DNA of 64,000 bases from Euprymna scolopes (lineage: Eukaryota): NCBI GenBank assembly GCA_053919585.1, contig CM132801.1; one strand, given 5' to 3'. The notes beneath the pieces were generated by a model. That model had not been told where the DNA came from. It searched no databases and saw only the letters and a program-made list of their open reading frames with translations. The position numbers and the translations under genes are program-made. Below are positions 1 through 13,281 of the stretch, piece after piece. The stretch's first letter is position 1. Each line of letters starts with the position of its first letter.

Positions 1-2191
1 ACCCCGTCTCTGCACTGATAACTATAGTGCCTCTCTTTTCCGCAATTATAGCATTTTAATTTTAAAGCCCCATCTATGCTTTTCCGGACATTCCTATCTC
101 TCCTAGGGGTCACCTGCCCTTTCGCTACTGGGCCGAACCTAACTAGTTTAAAGATTTCTTTGTTGGGGTCTTCCTGGGTTTTAATTTGGTTCTGGGTGGA
201 TTGTTTCTGTCCTTAATCCTACATTCATGTGCCCTGTGCCCTTCTTTCTGGCAAACAAAGCACAATAGACCCCTCTTTAAGTTAGGATGGGGTATGTATC
301 TTCCCCCTACCCTTGGGTCCCGGTGTTCTGGATTCGTGGCTTCTTCCCCCTCAACTCTGAAGCTCAGGGCATTTTGCTCGGATGTGTCCTCGTCGACAGC
401 ATCCGTAGCAGACCTTCAACCAGTCTGTCTTGTTCTCCTCTAATTTTCCTAATCTCTGGAGGAGAGCTTCAGCTCGTCGAGCCTGTGCAAAGGCCTCCTC
501 CAACGTGTTAGGTTCTGCTCTTGCCACGTCCTGATGCAACAGAGAATTACTCAATGCATCCGTGAAGAACTCTGTCAGCTGGGCCTGGGTAGCCGGATCA
601 TTTCTCCGATCTTGATCCGGGTAGGCTACCTTAGCAAGAACGCTCATGCGTCCCTCTAGGTGAGCAATGGATTCTCCATCCCTCTGCTTCACCCCTATCA
701 GCGCTCGAGCTGCCTCTGTTCGGCTCAAGTGACTACCGAAGTGCTGCTGGATGTCATGTTCAAACCTCTCCCAGTTGGTTTGGGATCTGTACTTATCCAA
801 TTACTCCCCAATCCATTCTCGGTATAGTCATACGCCAGTAAGATCATATTGGGCCCCCGGCAGGTTATAGATGCGCCCTTTCTTTTCTATTGCATTGAGC
901 CAGGGTCCCAACTCCACAGCTAAACCTGTGAACAGTGGAATTCTGGATCCCGTTACATTAAGTTTTGGGGTAAGCCGACCCATCATCTTCAATCCCGCGA
1001 CCCAACTCCTCTGCAGCCCTAGCAGATTCCATATTAAAAAAAACAATTAAGCGCTCTTTGAAAAGCCCACAAGAAGTCCAAAACGAACAATGACAAAGCA
1101 AAAAGAAGTGAAAAGAACAAAAATAGTGGTTTTCCTACCTGATTGCTGAGATATTCCTGGTTCTGCGCTGCTTTTTGTTGACTCGCTTGTTGGGAAGTCC
1201 CACCTGTTATAAACAGTAAACATCCTGGTTTTTTTTTTTTTTGGTTAGCTAACACACCTTCCTGATTTCAATAATCCTGGTAAACGGTTCCACATGTCAC
1301 CCCACCCCCACTCTCTCACCTTCACCCGCCTGTTGCGGATGATCGTCGACCTCCGAACCCTTCTACTGCCGGTGATAATTCTTGGCCGTCTAAGTTACGG
1401 GTATGAGGTAGTGACTGAATTATCGGTGGATCGTCTAGTTATACGTCCTGGACCTAGTTTGTTGTGTACCCTCTTAACGACGAACGCCGTCGAAAGAGGG
1501 CCGTGGATTTGTGGTGTAGTTTAAAGAAGAACAGGACAAACGATTATACACACCATATATTCAAATGAAACAGTAGAGTTCTTATCACTCTTTCAGAACT
1601 TTGAAGGAAGCGATGTGTTAGCGTTCTACAAACAATGTCGAAGGCGTCAGCTTTCAAACTTATTGAGTGTTGGTCTCTGGGGGTCTGGGTGGATGCGCAT
1701 GTCTCAAAAAATCCTCGGCTCTATGCATCTATCTTTTCATCTGAGAGTCTGTCGCTCTGGCATTCTCGGCTTCTTCACCCCTGCCTCTTCCCGGCAGTCT
1801 CTCTCTTTCTCTTCTTCACCCCTGCCCTTCCCGGCAGTCTTTGTCGGCTTCTTCACCCCTGCCCTTCCCGGCAGTCTCTGTCGGCTTCTTCACCCCTGCC
1901 CTTCCCGGCAGTCTCTGTCGCTTTATCTCTCTAACTTGGATATATATATAACAGCCTTCAAGTTTGACCTCTGAATCCGACGCAGATATGATTTCACTGA
2001 AAGATATATATTTAATTGTCAATTCATGAGTTGATTTCGTCATTCCTAAAAATAAACAATCACTTCCCTCAAATATCCGATTGAGTTTCAAACACAGTTA
2101 TTAATCTTCAACATACACAGAGTTCTCAGGTTCTTGAATAAACAACTTGAAACCAAGTGGTTTCGTCTTACTTTCTAACGGGGGGGGGACA
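1..2191 (-). mobile_element. Ty3/Gypsy-type LTR retrotransposon relic: gag with three CCHC knuckles and a probable 5' LTR (~1510-2191); continues off the left edge
   Basis: Minus-strand gag-like frames 828-1046 and 351-800; knuckles CYGCCRRGHIRAKC, CFVCQKEGHRAHEC and CYNCGKERHYSYQC; stops and a frameshift; TGTCCCC start at 2191 and a TATA-like run near 1940. LTR limits are approximate. Confidence 0.8.
1766..1920. repeat. 37-bp tandem repeat x4 inside the putative LTR
   Basis: unit tcggcttcttcacccctgcccttcccggcagtctctg. Confidence 0.9.
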
Positions 2192-3519
2192 TAAAAATGG
2201 GGACAACTTTCTATAATTCAAATATACTAAATTTGTACTGAAGTTGATTCATAGCAACAACATTTTCTTTTTTTTTTATATTGTTTTACAGATTATATAT
2301 CTAAAACAGTTACACATAGTTGTCACCCCCCTTACTTCGTTACATTGGTAAACATTGTATGTTTTTCGAACTGATAAACATGTTACATTAAATAAAAACA
2401 CTAAAAAAAATTATCCAGTTAGGTAGAAAAGTAACTTATCTTGCCTTCGATAACATTTATTTGTTATATATTTGTTTTTTGACAACTTTTTCGGATCTGT
2501 GTGTATAGTAATTCAGATTATTTTTTACTATTGAAAAAAAAAAATTTAGTACAAAAACAAACTTTTTTAAAATGGTTGCAAAATCAAATCCACCTAAATG
2601 CATATTGGTTTCTTTATAAGCTCATTTAACTCTATTTTTAACAGGTTGAAAAATATTTCAAGACCTTTTGAAATTTAAAAAGAATTTGAAATCCTAAACT
2701 ATCGAATAGAAAATCGTTTAAATTGACATTAATGTAATTGGTTAGTTAGAGTTAGGGAAATCATACACTTGTCACGTGCTGAGCAGTAAATATCTCTGAT
2801 ACTGGATGACGCATCTTCAGGAGGAATTGCTTCAGTTTCAACTTTATTCCTTGACTGTCACTGAAGTGGCAGGTCCTCTCCAACAGAAGAGGCTCATATG
2901 CTGGCATCTACTGCTAGGTTTTTAAGCCAGCAAGACTTTCTTTTTTTTTTTTTTATCAAATCCAATAAAACGCTTTTTCCACTGTCTCTTGTGGATATTT
3001 AAGCAGGATTCTAATCATATTGTTCTTCGAACAAACTCGTTTTGGAAAAAGATTGCCTGTGCATCAGCAACCATGATTTTGACACTTAATCAGATCAATA
3101 TTTTATAAGTTCTTGTTTTCACTGTGATGATGCCTCTAGGTTTTCCTCCTGTGGCACGGCTCTAACACTATTCTTTTCTTCACACTATACATCTTGGCAT
3201 CAATCTGTTTAGATTATTGGGAAAAGGTAATGAATTTACAAATCCTTAACCACTTCTCAGATCCTTTGCTAACTATCATTTCTCATGAGATTTGCTATAG
3301 CAATATAGTAGCTCCAATTTGTTTATTCTGGTGCATTTTGATTTATCTACGTTTCATGAATCTACTTTGGTGTGACATCTACACTTTGTTATGCGATCTA
3401 CATCTTGTATTGTGATCAACAATGGACAAGAGCAACAAAAACTTCTAAGTGTTTTTTAAAACAAAGCCTGGAACTAGCAGTGACAGCCGATAATGTCTTT
3501 TCATTGGAAATCATCAAAA

Positions 3520-4279
3520 TTATATTCGTCTTCCGATTTATCGAAGAGGGACCTATGTTTTCAGTGGCGTGCGTCCGTTAGTCCGGACAATTGCCACATA
3601 ACCGTCCATTAGTTTTTTCTGAAATTTTGCCACAAACTGTATTTTGTCAAATAGATGTGCACCGTGAAAAAAATTTATTTTTGCAAAAATTCCAGTTGCA
3701 TGACTAGGGGCTCAAAAGAGGTTAAAAATGGCCAAAAGTGACACTTTTTAACCCATAACTTTTGATCCATACATTAGATTTTTCTGAAACTTAGCCAAAA
3801 TGTGGAGCCCATTGTTCTTAATATAAATCCAGTATGGGTGACCTTGACAAAATTCTGGTTCACGTTCCCGGGGATTTTAAGTGCTAAAAATGCCTATTTT
3901 TGTGGCTCTTTTTTATATTTCTCAAAAACTTGATATGTCTGACTATAGTGTTTTTTCACAGTGGTCAACTCAAATATACATGTGTTAAGGCCTGAAACTG
4001 CATCGTTATCCATTTACACCGGGATTTGGCGACCCCAGGGGCTCAAGAGATCAAAAATACCCCACAATGGCCAAAATTTACACTTTTTGCCCCATAGCAT
4101 TTGATTCATCCATTAGATTTTCCTGAAACTTGGCCAAAATGTGGAGGCCATTGTTCTTTATATAAATTCAGTATGGGTGACCCTGGTAACATTCTGGTTC
4201 GCATCCCTTTAGGACTTTTATGGCTAAAAAAACATGCTTTTTGGAGCTCTTTTTTCATATTACTCAAAAACTTGATATG
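3520..4279. mobile_element. non-autonomous DNA-element-like repeat with an internal duplication, interrupted by the Gypsy LTR
   Basis: blocks ~3705-3940 and ~4035-4280 are homologous (gggctcaa..ggccaaaa..acacttttt..cattagattttt.ctgaaactt.gccaaaatgtggag..agtatgggtgacc..aaaaacttgatatgt). Confidence 0.55.
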
Positions 4280-5096
4280 TGTTGGAGATGCCCCTCCATG
4301 GGATTAATGAACTCTCTCATTATGTCACTTCTGGTAACAAGTATCGGTGCCCGGCAGTCAGAGATTGGTACATGGCTAAGCAAGTCGTGTGCAAGAACGC
4401 CCAACAGTTTAGGAATGGTATTGCTCAACCCGCCTTGCCTGTAATATATGTGAATGCATGTTTGTTTCTAAGAGTCCTATGTTACTTTTGTTTTTATTAC
4501 CATTTAACACTATAACAACTGGTGACGAACGGATTCGATCTTCACATGGGTTAACTCCATAAAAAAGGAAAAAATGAAATTAATTTGACTTCAAAAGAAC
4601 TTCGGATTTACAAGCTAAGAATTTGGCTGGCAATTACTTTCTAAAAACAAAATTCTAAAAACAAAAAAAAAAAACAAGGTAAAGCTCTCGAGTCAATTGT
4701 AAGTAATCTTTTTGTCTCTATATATGAATTGAAAAGAACTCTACCAAACACATTTTTGTTAATGCTGTAAAAAGTAATTTGGTTGTTTATTGAAAGACAA
4801 AAAAAAAAAAAGAAAGATGTTGACCCAAATTCACCACAAAACAATTCTAATTGTAACTTGTCTACTGTTCATTATTATGCAAATTCGGACATTTTTCAAG
4901 TGAAGAGAAAAGTTTTTTTTGCCTTTTTTTTTTTTTTTTTTTTTGCTAACTTTATGCAAATTTTTAATGGAAGAGGAATGGTTTTTCCCATTTCTTAAGG
5001 AAAGACTTTTTCATTGAGTGAAATTTTCTGAACTACTCTATTTTTAACAGTGTGTTCTAAAGTGAAAATTTTTTTCTTCCTCGTGGGGACAAGTCC

Positions 5097-5133
<37 letters not shown>

Positions 5134-8100
5134 TTAAAAAAAAAAAAAACCTAGCCATTTTGGTTAATTTCCGGACAATTCCGCAATTATTTTTATTCTT
5201 TTGCAACTGTATTGTATCACAGTATATTTTCTTTTGTTTTTGTTTCGCAAGTAAAAATATTTTTTTTTGTCCACCCTCATATTGGGTTATCTCTAAGGTT
5301 TTTACCAAGAAGCAAGGGATACATCGCTCCCTCCCCATAAGCACACACTCAAGGAAAGGACATTTTCTGTTTTTTATTATTTTATCTCTCTTCTCCAGTT
5401 AAAAAACAGAAATAAAGTTTTTTTTTTTTTTTTTTTCGGGAGCTTGGAAAAGCAATTACAAGATGGAGGAGGTTAAAGCAGTATTAATACAGCTAATCAA
5501 GGCCCAGATGGACCAGCCACAGACAGCTGAGCAAAATTTAAAAGAACGTAATAAACAGCTCCAGTTACAATTTCAAGAGAGGCAACAAGCATTGGAGGAG
5601 AGAATGCTACTCCAACAACAGACAAGAAGAGCTATTGTTAAAAATACTCGCTAGAACGGAACACCGGGGCAACAGTTTTGCTTTTTCCCAAAGTACAATA
5701 TGGAGCGCTATAGAAATGTTCAACTACCAACCGGAGTTGGATGGGACGTTTTGATGCTTTCTATTGGAGATATGAGGACGTATTCACTGTGGACTGTTAA
5801 GAGTGGAGCAACGCTAAAAAAGTTTGCCTACTTTTGAGGAAATTAGGGACCACAGAACATAGCAAGCTTGTGGATTATATTCTCCTCAAGAAGACGAGTG
5901 AATTGGAGTTTTCTGAAGCGGTCAAACTTTTATCCGAACTGTTCAGCCCGAATACTATGCTCTTTCATAAAAGATGGAAGTGCTTTAACCTGCAAAAAAG
6001 TGACGACGACGATTATCTGACCTTCACATCCATGGTAAATAAACACTGCGATGATTTCCGTCTGTCTGACTTCAGATGACTTCAAGCATTTAATTTTTGT
6101 GCAGGGTCTAGTCTCATCCAAAACTGTGGAGATTAGACGATGTGTTGTCTCTAGACTTGAGAGCGAACAGGGCCTCACCCTCCAGAAGTCAGCTGAGGAT
6201 TATCAACGGGCAGTCTGCGTAAGGAACAATTCAAGACATGTCAAGGAGTCAGGTGCAACATTCATTAGGATGACCTTCAGACCAGAAAAATATTCATTCC
6301 AAAAAAGCAAAGCTGGAAGTAAGAAAACTACACCTAATAAGTACCACCCAGTCACAAGACCCGGATCCCCTACAAGCCGATGCTATTGCTGCAGCGGGAA
6401 ACATTGGTCAAGTCAATGTTTTACAAAGATAAGTACTGCAACGAATGTGGCAGGAAGGGCCACAAAGCAATCCAGTGCAGGAAGAACAAGGACAAGAACA
6501 GCGTCCAACAGACTAGATCTGACTTGGATTCGGATAAGAACCAGATCAAATATGTCACAGTTAACATTGCAAATAAAACTGCATCTACAACTGGATTCCA
6601 GATCAGACCTGTCAATCATTAACCTTAAGACGTGCAAAAGGTTGAGGAAACCAACCATGCGGGAGACGAACAAATCAGCTCGAGCTATGACAGGCGATAA
6701 AGTGGAATTAGAGGTAGAGCTCACATTCCAGTTGACCTTAAATGGTGTTACTAAAAAAATGAGTGCATGTACATAGGACATCCGAAAACCTGTTCGGTAC
6801 TGATTACATGGAGCGATTCAAATTGTGGGACCAACCTATGAATAAATTCTGTCATAGGGTAGAAGATTCGTCTACGGAAGCGCAACAACTGAAGGACGAG
6901 TTAAAAGTGGAATTTCCAGAAGTATTCTCACCAGGACTAGGAAAATGTACAAAGGCTATAGCAAGATTCAAACTAAAAGAAAACACTCTGCCTGTTTTCA
7001 AGAAGAAACGAAATGTCCCATTTGCAGCAACAGAGAAAATCAATAAGGAATTGGATCGGCTAAACGAGGCTGAAATACTATCGAAAGTAAGGAGCAGTGA
7101 TTGGGCAGCCCCTACTGTATATGTGACCAAGAAAACAAACTAGATTTGTGTATGTGCGGATTTCTCCACGGGTCTGAACGCAGCCCTCAAAGATTACCAC
7201 TATCTACTCCCTACACCAGAGGAGATATTCAACAAATTAAACAGTAGTAAAGTATTTGCTAAGGTGGATTTGAGCGACACATATTTGCAGATCCCTGTTG
7301 AGGCGAAATGTTCAAAACTTTTCTGTATAAATACACACAGGGGACTCTACAAGTTTGAAAGGTTAGCTTTCGGAGTCAAGGTCGCACCCGTAATTTTCCA
7401 GCAGGTCATGGACACCATGCTGGGTGGCCTCAATTTCGCTTGCGTCTACTTGGATGATATGTTCATAGCCAGTAAATCCACAGATGAGCACCGAAAACAC
7501 ATACATGAAGTTTATGAAAGAATTCAAAGTTTTGGTATGAAAGTAAAAGAAGCAAAGTGTGACTTCCTAATGAAGGAAATACGTTACTTATGTCACATTA
7601 TTGATGAAAATGGTAGACGCCCCGATCCTGAGAGGGTGGAAGCCATAAATGACATGCCGGCTCCCAATAACGTGCAAGCACTACAAAGGTTTCTGGGCCT
7701 GGCTAATTTCTATCAAGTCTTCATCAAGAATATGCATGATTTGCGCGCCCCACTAAATGAACTACTGAAGAAAGAGAAAGCCTGGGACTGGACGCCAGAA
7801 TGCCAGAAGGTGTTTGAGAAGATCAGAGACGTTCACTTCAGATTTTTTTTTGACACACTATGATCCAAGGTTGAGAATAATAGTAGCGTGTGACGCAAGC
7901 TTATTTGGTGTAGGAGCTTGCATACTTCATATAATACCTGACGGTATCAGGAAACCAATTGCACATGCATCTAGAATGCTACTAACGGTCAAAAGACAGT
8001 ACTCTCAAATTGAAAAAGAAGTCTTGAGTATTATATTCGCTGTGACTAAAGTTTCATAGGTATTTACACGGCAGAAAATTTACATTCCAGATGGATCATA

Positions 8101-9085
8101 AGCCATTGCTCATGAATTTTGGTTCCGAAAAAGGCTTACCGACATATACGGCTAACAGACTGTTGAGATGGGGTACATTATTACTGAATTATGATTTCAC
8201 CCTGGAGTACTTGTCTTCAAAACAAATTAGCCATGCAGATAGCCTATCTAGGCTGATACCATTGAAAAGGGATCTGTTTGAAGATTCCATCATTGCCACT
8301 CTTCGGATGGACGGGGAAATAAAAACTATGATGGGCAACACAATCAGAACTCCCTGTGTCCCTGCCGGAGATTAAAAGGGAAGCGGACAAAGATGACTTC
8401 ATCTGTGACATAAAAAATAAGATCGCCATAAAGGGCGATGTTCTGGAAGTATTTTCACTTTGCAATGAGGTTTTACTATATGGTGGAAGAGTGGTGATTC
8501 CCAAATGTCTCCAAAAACGAATTCTATGGGATTTTCACATAGGACATCCTGGGAAAAATCGTATGAAGAGTTTTATGAGGAGCTATGTCTACTGACCTAA
8601 AATGGACAAGGACATCAATGAGAGGATAGACTCGTACACAGGCTGTGCCCTTGTGGCTAAATCACCACCGATTACGTTTAAACCTTGGCCAAAGACCGAC
8701 CCGCCATGGTCTAGGGTGCACATCAATTTTGCGGGTCTACTCGAGGATAATTATTACTTAATCATAGTCAATAGTTTCACCAAGTTGCCTGGGGTATTGA
8801 GGTGCGGAAGACCGACAACTGAAACGACTACAAATTTCTGACATGAACTGTTTGCACAATTCGGGGTAGTCGATTGCATCGTAAGTGATAATGGAATCCA
8901 GTTTATGTCTGCTGAATTCAAAAGTTTTTGTGATACATTCCAAATTAATCATATCACCACTTCCCAATACCATTCTTGGTCAAATGGTCAAGCGGAACGT
9001 TTTGCGGACACTCTTAAGAGAGCACTGAAGAAGGCTCAAGGGACCCCAACAGATGATGCACTTCAACAATTTCTGCACCGTTTGT
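4280..9085 (+). mobile_element. degenerate Ty3/Gypsy LTR retrotransposon (K02A2.6-like gag-pol), 3'-truncated within integrase
   Basis: 5' LTR TGTT..AACA at 4280-4517; primer-binding site at 4520; gag from 5463; knuckle CNECGRKGHKAIQC; protease LDSRSD; RT CADFSTGLN/YLDD; RNase H CDAS/YSQIEKE/DHKPL; integrase HxxHPG, SDNG, NGQAER. Many stops and frameshifts; no 3' LTR. Confidence 0.93.
4520..4538 (+). promoter_or_regulatory. primer-binding site (tRNA-Ser-like)
   Basis: TGGTGACGAACGGATTCGA lies 2 nt after the LTR end and resembles the complement of the tRNA-Ser(GCT) 3' end (TGGCGACGAGG..GGATTCGA). Confidence 0.6.
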
Positions 9086-9118
9086 CCATTTTCACTGGGA
9101 TTCGGCGTTCCCAGGAGC

Positions 9119-9295
9119 TCAAAAGGGTTCACAAGAAAAGTTTTGCATTGCAGAATTGAAGAATCCGGTGTTCCCACTGTTAACGAGTCCGACAGGGGGA
9201 AGCGTGTTGCTTGGGACGATTGAATTGCAATCGTGAGAGGTGATTGGGAGAGTACCACGAAAGCGCCGTAATTTCTTACGCTGCCCAGCCACCAT
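9119..9295 (-). pseudogene. ubiquitin-specific protease (peptidase C19) N-terminal/Cys-box fragment
   Basis: MVAGQRKKLRRFRG...LPPVGLVNSGNTGFFNSAMQNFS matches the USP Cys-box GLxNxGNTC[FY]xNSxxQ, with Gly at the catalytic Cys; truncated against the Gypsy integrase. Confidence 0.65.
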
Positions 9296-9438
9296 GATTG
9301 GGCCAAAAAGAGCAGACAAATGTGATAAGTTCAAATCAAATTACTCAATTTTTAACTATGACAGAAGTAATATTTGTTTTTAGGACTAACTCAACCTTCA
9401 CACTTCTCACATTCATCATTTCTTCACTATTTTTGTTG

Positions 9439-9487
9439 TGACGTCATCTCCCATGCAGCAGCAGAAGGGGACTACACATGCGCGACT
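9439..9487. promoter_or_regulatory. promoter-like motif cluster upstream of the USP fragment
   Basis: perfect CRE palindrome TGACGTCA, plus GGGACTACACATGCGCG (ACTACA-type and NRF1-like CATGCGC), 150-190 bp upstream of the minus-strand ATG. Confidence 0.35.
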
Positions 9488-11599
9488 TGTTATATGCTGA
9501 AACAAGCCATATCTTCTTTGCAAGTTATTTTTTAAAATAGTTACATGCATGGAAAAGTAATAAAATTGGCATTCGAATGTTACTTCATGTACGTTTATAC
9601 ATTTAATATTTTATATTCCAAGTTAAAAATGAAAAAATACAATAAAAAAATTGGACCAGAAAGGGAAATTTTTAATTGCTTATATTCCGATTAAAATTCG
9701 CAGGGTTACATTTTATTGGATATTCTTGAGATGTAAATATGCAGTGCATACAAATATTCTTGAGATGTAAATATGCAGTGCATACAAATGGCAGACGTTG
9801 TAGGTGATCGATGCTTGGTTAAAGGAAAAGCGCAGAGTTGGCACAGAAAACTCAAAGTATCTTTGGCTGGAGTTCAGCAACCCAAGATGTGTTTTCTTTG
9901 TTTAAAATAAGTATCTCCTTGAAGTCATGCTAGGAACAGTGTTTGTGAGAACACCAATGTCCAAGATTCTTTGCAAATGTGCTCCTTTGGATGGAAATTG
10001 TCTAGCCATTATCTCCATGGATAGCTTGAGTAGTCAATTGGTGGGTGGTCAAATGATGATCACTAGCAAAGGCCAGAATCAGCTGGGGGGGGGGGGGTGA
10101 AAGGTTTCAGGAGATGAGAAGGGAAGGAAATTACAGCCCGCTCATTGGGGAGGACATGCATTTGAAGTTGGATGCTCAAAAAAAGTAGTTTGCTTTTATT
10201 GAGGACTCATAGTCAGTTGAGCTGATGAGCCCTGAGAGCTTTTAGCTAAAAAGTTATATTGATGCAACTTATATATTTTGATTTGGTCAGACACAATTTT
10301 TATTCTGCAAGTCTGCCATTCAACCTAAGTAAACGAGTGGCACTTGTAATTTCCAAAAACTATTTATTTGTTTATAAATTGGATTTGGGATGAGAATTCT
10401 TTGACTGAATTTGACATCGAACTTCGACTGACACAGTAAATGGGACAATTATGGTTTGTATAGTGAACGCATGTGTGCATGTTCATAGAGATTTCACAAT
10501 CTGTTTAAAACAAGAAAAAATAGTTAATGTGTCATGTGATATGGGTTTTTTGACCACTGCAACTGAGATCAAAATTAACTTTGAGTTATTTCGAAATTGA
10601 TAAGATATATCGATATGCATCATTAAGTTTCACATAGATGATAGTTTCAGAATTATTTCTATGTATAATATGTAAATATTTGTTCTAAAAAAATGGTTCG
10701 GAAAATTTTTAGACCTTATGTTTTAAGTCACTAGTAAAATAATGAATTTCATTTAAGCTGTTAAGTGAGTTCATATTTCTATCTTAAAAATAAAAAAAAT
10801 CTAAAAATGGTGCAATTGATATTAATTTTTTTTTTTTGTCAAAAAGATTTTGAAGTCGCAGGAATCAACAACCTTGATCAGGCTCAGTTTTTCATAAGCA
10901 AAATTGTCCCAACCTCAAAAATAGAAGCAAATCCTTTAAAAAACACTCCTTACTTGTTTTGTTAGATTTGTTAATGTTGAGAATTGACTTATTGATAATA
11001 AATGAATGTTTCGAGAAAAAATTTGTATAATTTTCATTCTTCTTTGTAAAAAAACATGCCAAAATTGTACAAAATTTTTTTACTCAGGTTGGGTGGTTTT
11101 TTTTTTTTTTTTTTTTTTTTTTTGCATAAATTGCAAAATATCTTCAAAAAGGCTAAACTCGCATATTAAAGTATATACTTTTTGAAATCCTTGGTTTATG
11201 GCCTATCTGATGCAATAAACAGATTTTTGTGAGATTTAGTCATTTGCAGAATAATTTACCCTGAAATATCCTATAGTTACAAAAATATTTTTTAGAAATA
11301 TTAGAATTTCCCCAATTCTTTTCACAATTATGTCTTCAAATAGAAAGCATTTGTTGCAAATGGATGTTGAATGCATACTATGTTGTTTGAGAATTGGCCA
11401 TTCAGATGTTCCCTGTGTCCGTTTGGGATTTCCTTGGTTTTCTTTTGTTTACACTTTCCTTTATATCATTTAAACTTTTTTTCAATGTTTTTTTGTTGCA
11501 GTAATTGTTTTATGTCATCAATATTTACATTTCAAATATACATTTACATAAGAAGGAAATCAGCAGTGTCCATTACACAAAAGCAAATCTTCCAAGTAA

Positions 11600-12924
11600 T
11601 CATTTATTACAGGTCGCAGTTTCCACTAACCAAATTCCCTGGTTATGATGCTTGTATCAGTAAATGTGGAAAAAAATTCAATGTAATCCAAGATTCTTCT
11701 GACTAGTTGGAATTCTTCAAATTGCCATGGATGCAATTCACTCGTTTAAAGAGTCGGCACAAGAATTTGCTGCTACAGAAGTAAAGTTGTTTGATGCTAC
11801 TGTTGTTGTTGGTGGTGGTGGTGAATGAGTGAGTGAAGATGTTATAACAACAAAGAAAAGAAGAAAGCATTTTCGTGATCAGTGTGCACACGTTAGCAAT
11901 AAAGCATATAATGTAAGGATAAAAATTCATGACACCATGAAAGATTTAAAGTTTAAGTAGCATGTGGCAAGACTAGGTGTTGCAGATTGTATTTGTATTA
12001 ACAAGCAGACAGACTGGACGGATCCTGAATTTATTTCTGATGGATCAGCAGATGTGCTGAAGATACTCTGAAGTTGTGGAAAAGTCTAGTTGATGATGAT
12101 GGTGTGGTTCCTACTAAAATTAGTGACTTTAAGACCAGGCAAGTTGTTACAGCGAAACCAATTTCTGTATCAGACCAGAAAAGTATCACCATTACCCATG
12201 CCTGCATCAATGGCACAACGTAGTTCCTTCAAGTTATGTATCGTTGCCACATAGACTACCAATAATAGATTGAGAAGTATGAGCTACTAGGTGACCTAAT
12301 TCATGCCTCCAGAGAAAAAGTCCTTAACAAAATTCACGGGGGAACTGGTCTATCTGGATAAATGTAATTATATGCTGGTAGAAAAGGTGAGACATCAAGG
12401 AAGACATTTTTCCTCTAATGAGGTTATTGATTGCATACAAGAATTGATTCCTGGTAATCACAGGGATGATTTGTTGCTTTTGCATTGCCAGTTTTCAACA
12501 ATCCTTAGTGTTGTATTTTCCTCAAGACAAGTTAACCTTGATAAGATGAAAATTCTTTACCAAAGTACAATGAGGAATATGTGTGATCATTTTAAATAGG
12601 GGAAGCTAAATCCCTCTTCATGGGATAATTCAGTATTTAGTCAAGTTGATGGCTGCAGATTAGGAAACTTGTCAGGAATGTTTGGAGTCCAACAATAAAG
12701 GCATCCTTAATTATTTGCAATTCCTTTCAAGAAAACCATCACCAACTGAACAGTCAACTGATGTTATTTGTAGACTGCTTGAATGTTCTGATCCTGGTGT
12801 TGTAAAACCGTCCAATCAATTGCATCCCAATAAGTATTAATCGCACTATTAGATCTTTATGCAAAACTTTTCAAGCTATCAAAGAAATTTTGTTTCTTTT
12901 ATTGAAGATCTCTTACTTGGTTGA
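11600..12924 (+). mobile_element. decayed RAG1-like/Transib DDE transposase
   Basis: HDTMKDLK (second catalytic D at 11943), DCIxC, RCAEDTLKLWKSL, TRQxVTAKP..THACING, HQGRHFSS, LGNLS(E)ECLESNNK (E at 12685), SRK..DVICRLLECSDP, HTIRS. Stops, frameshifts and an internal deletion; the 5' limit is uncertain. Confidence 0.8.
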
Positions 12925-13065
12925 TATTTTGTAATATGTATACTATTTCGTATTCACATTATTAAACTTACAACAAGCCCTGAATTATTTTTCACTGATA
13001 TGCCCAAATATCTAATTTGCACTTGTAAGATCAAAATCCCAAATTTAAGCTGTTTTTGCCGTTGG

Positions 13066-13281
13066 CTACTCACACCTCTGTTTGCAAGTCCATACGTCTG
13101 TACAAACTCTATGACCCCATTTGCAACAATCCTGAACATGACCTTTCTGCCGATCTTTAAAAGTGATATCACTTAAAAAATTGTCCAATTCTTTTAGCAT
13201 TTCCTTTCTTAGAGGTGAATCCTTTCTGCAATTCACCATCTTGTTATAACATGTTTTTTTCCTCCACATTTCTCTGATCAA
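13066..13281 (-). pseudogene. short ORF ending in a PHD-finger-like motif, convergent with the RAG1-like transposase
   Basis: ...HVQDCCKWGHRVCTDVWTCKQRCE* contains CxxWxHxxC and WxCxx(x)C; spacing is shorter than canonical. Confidence 0.35.

Noticed and set aside
9721-9788. 34-bp direct duplication (similar ones at ~57200-57277 and 61449-61518)
   Set aside because: Simple local slippage duplications with no further structure.
10432-10450. cacagt.. as an RSS-like left TIR of the RAG1-like element
   Set aside because: Only a partial heptamer, and no matching inverted copy was found on the right side.
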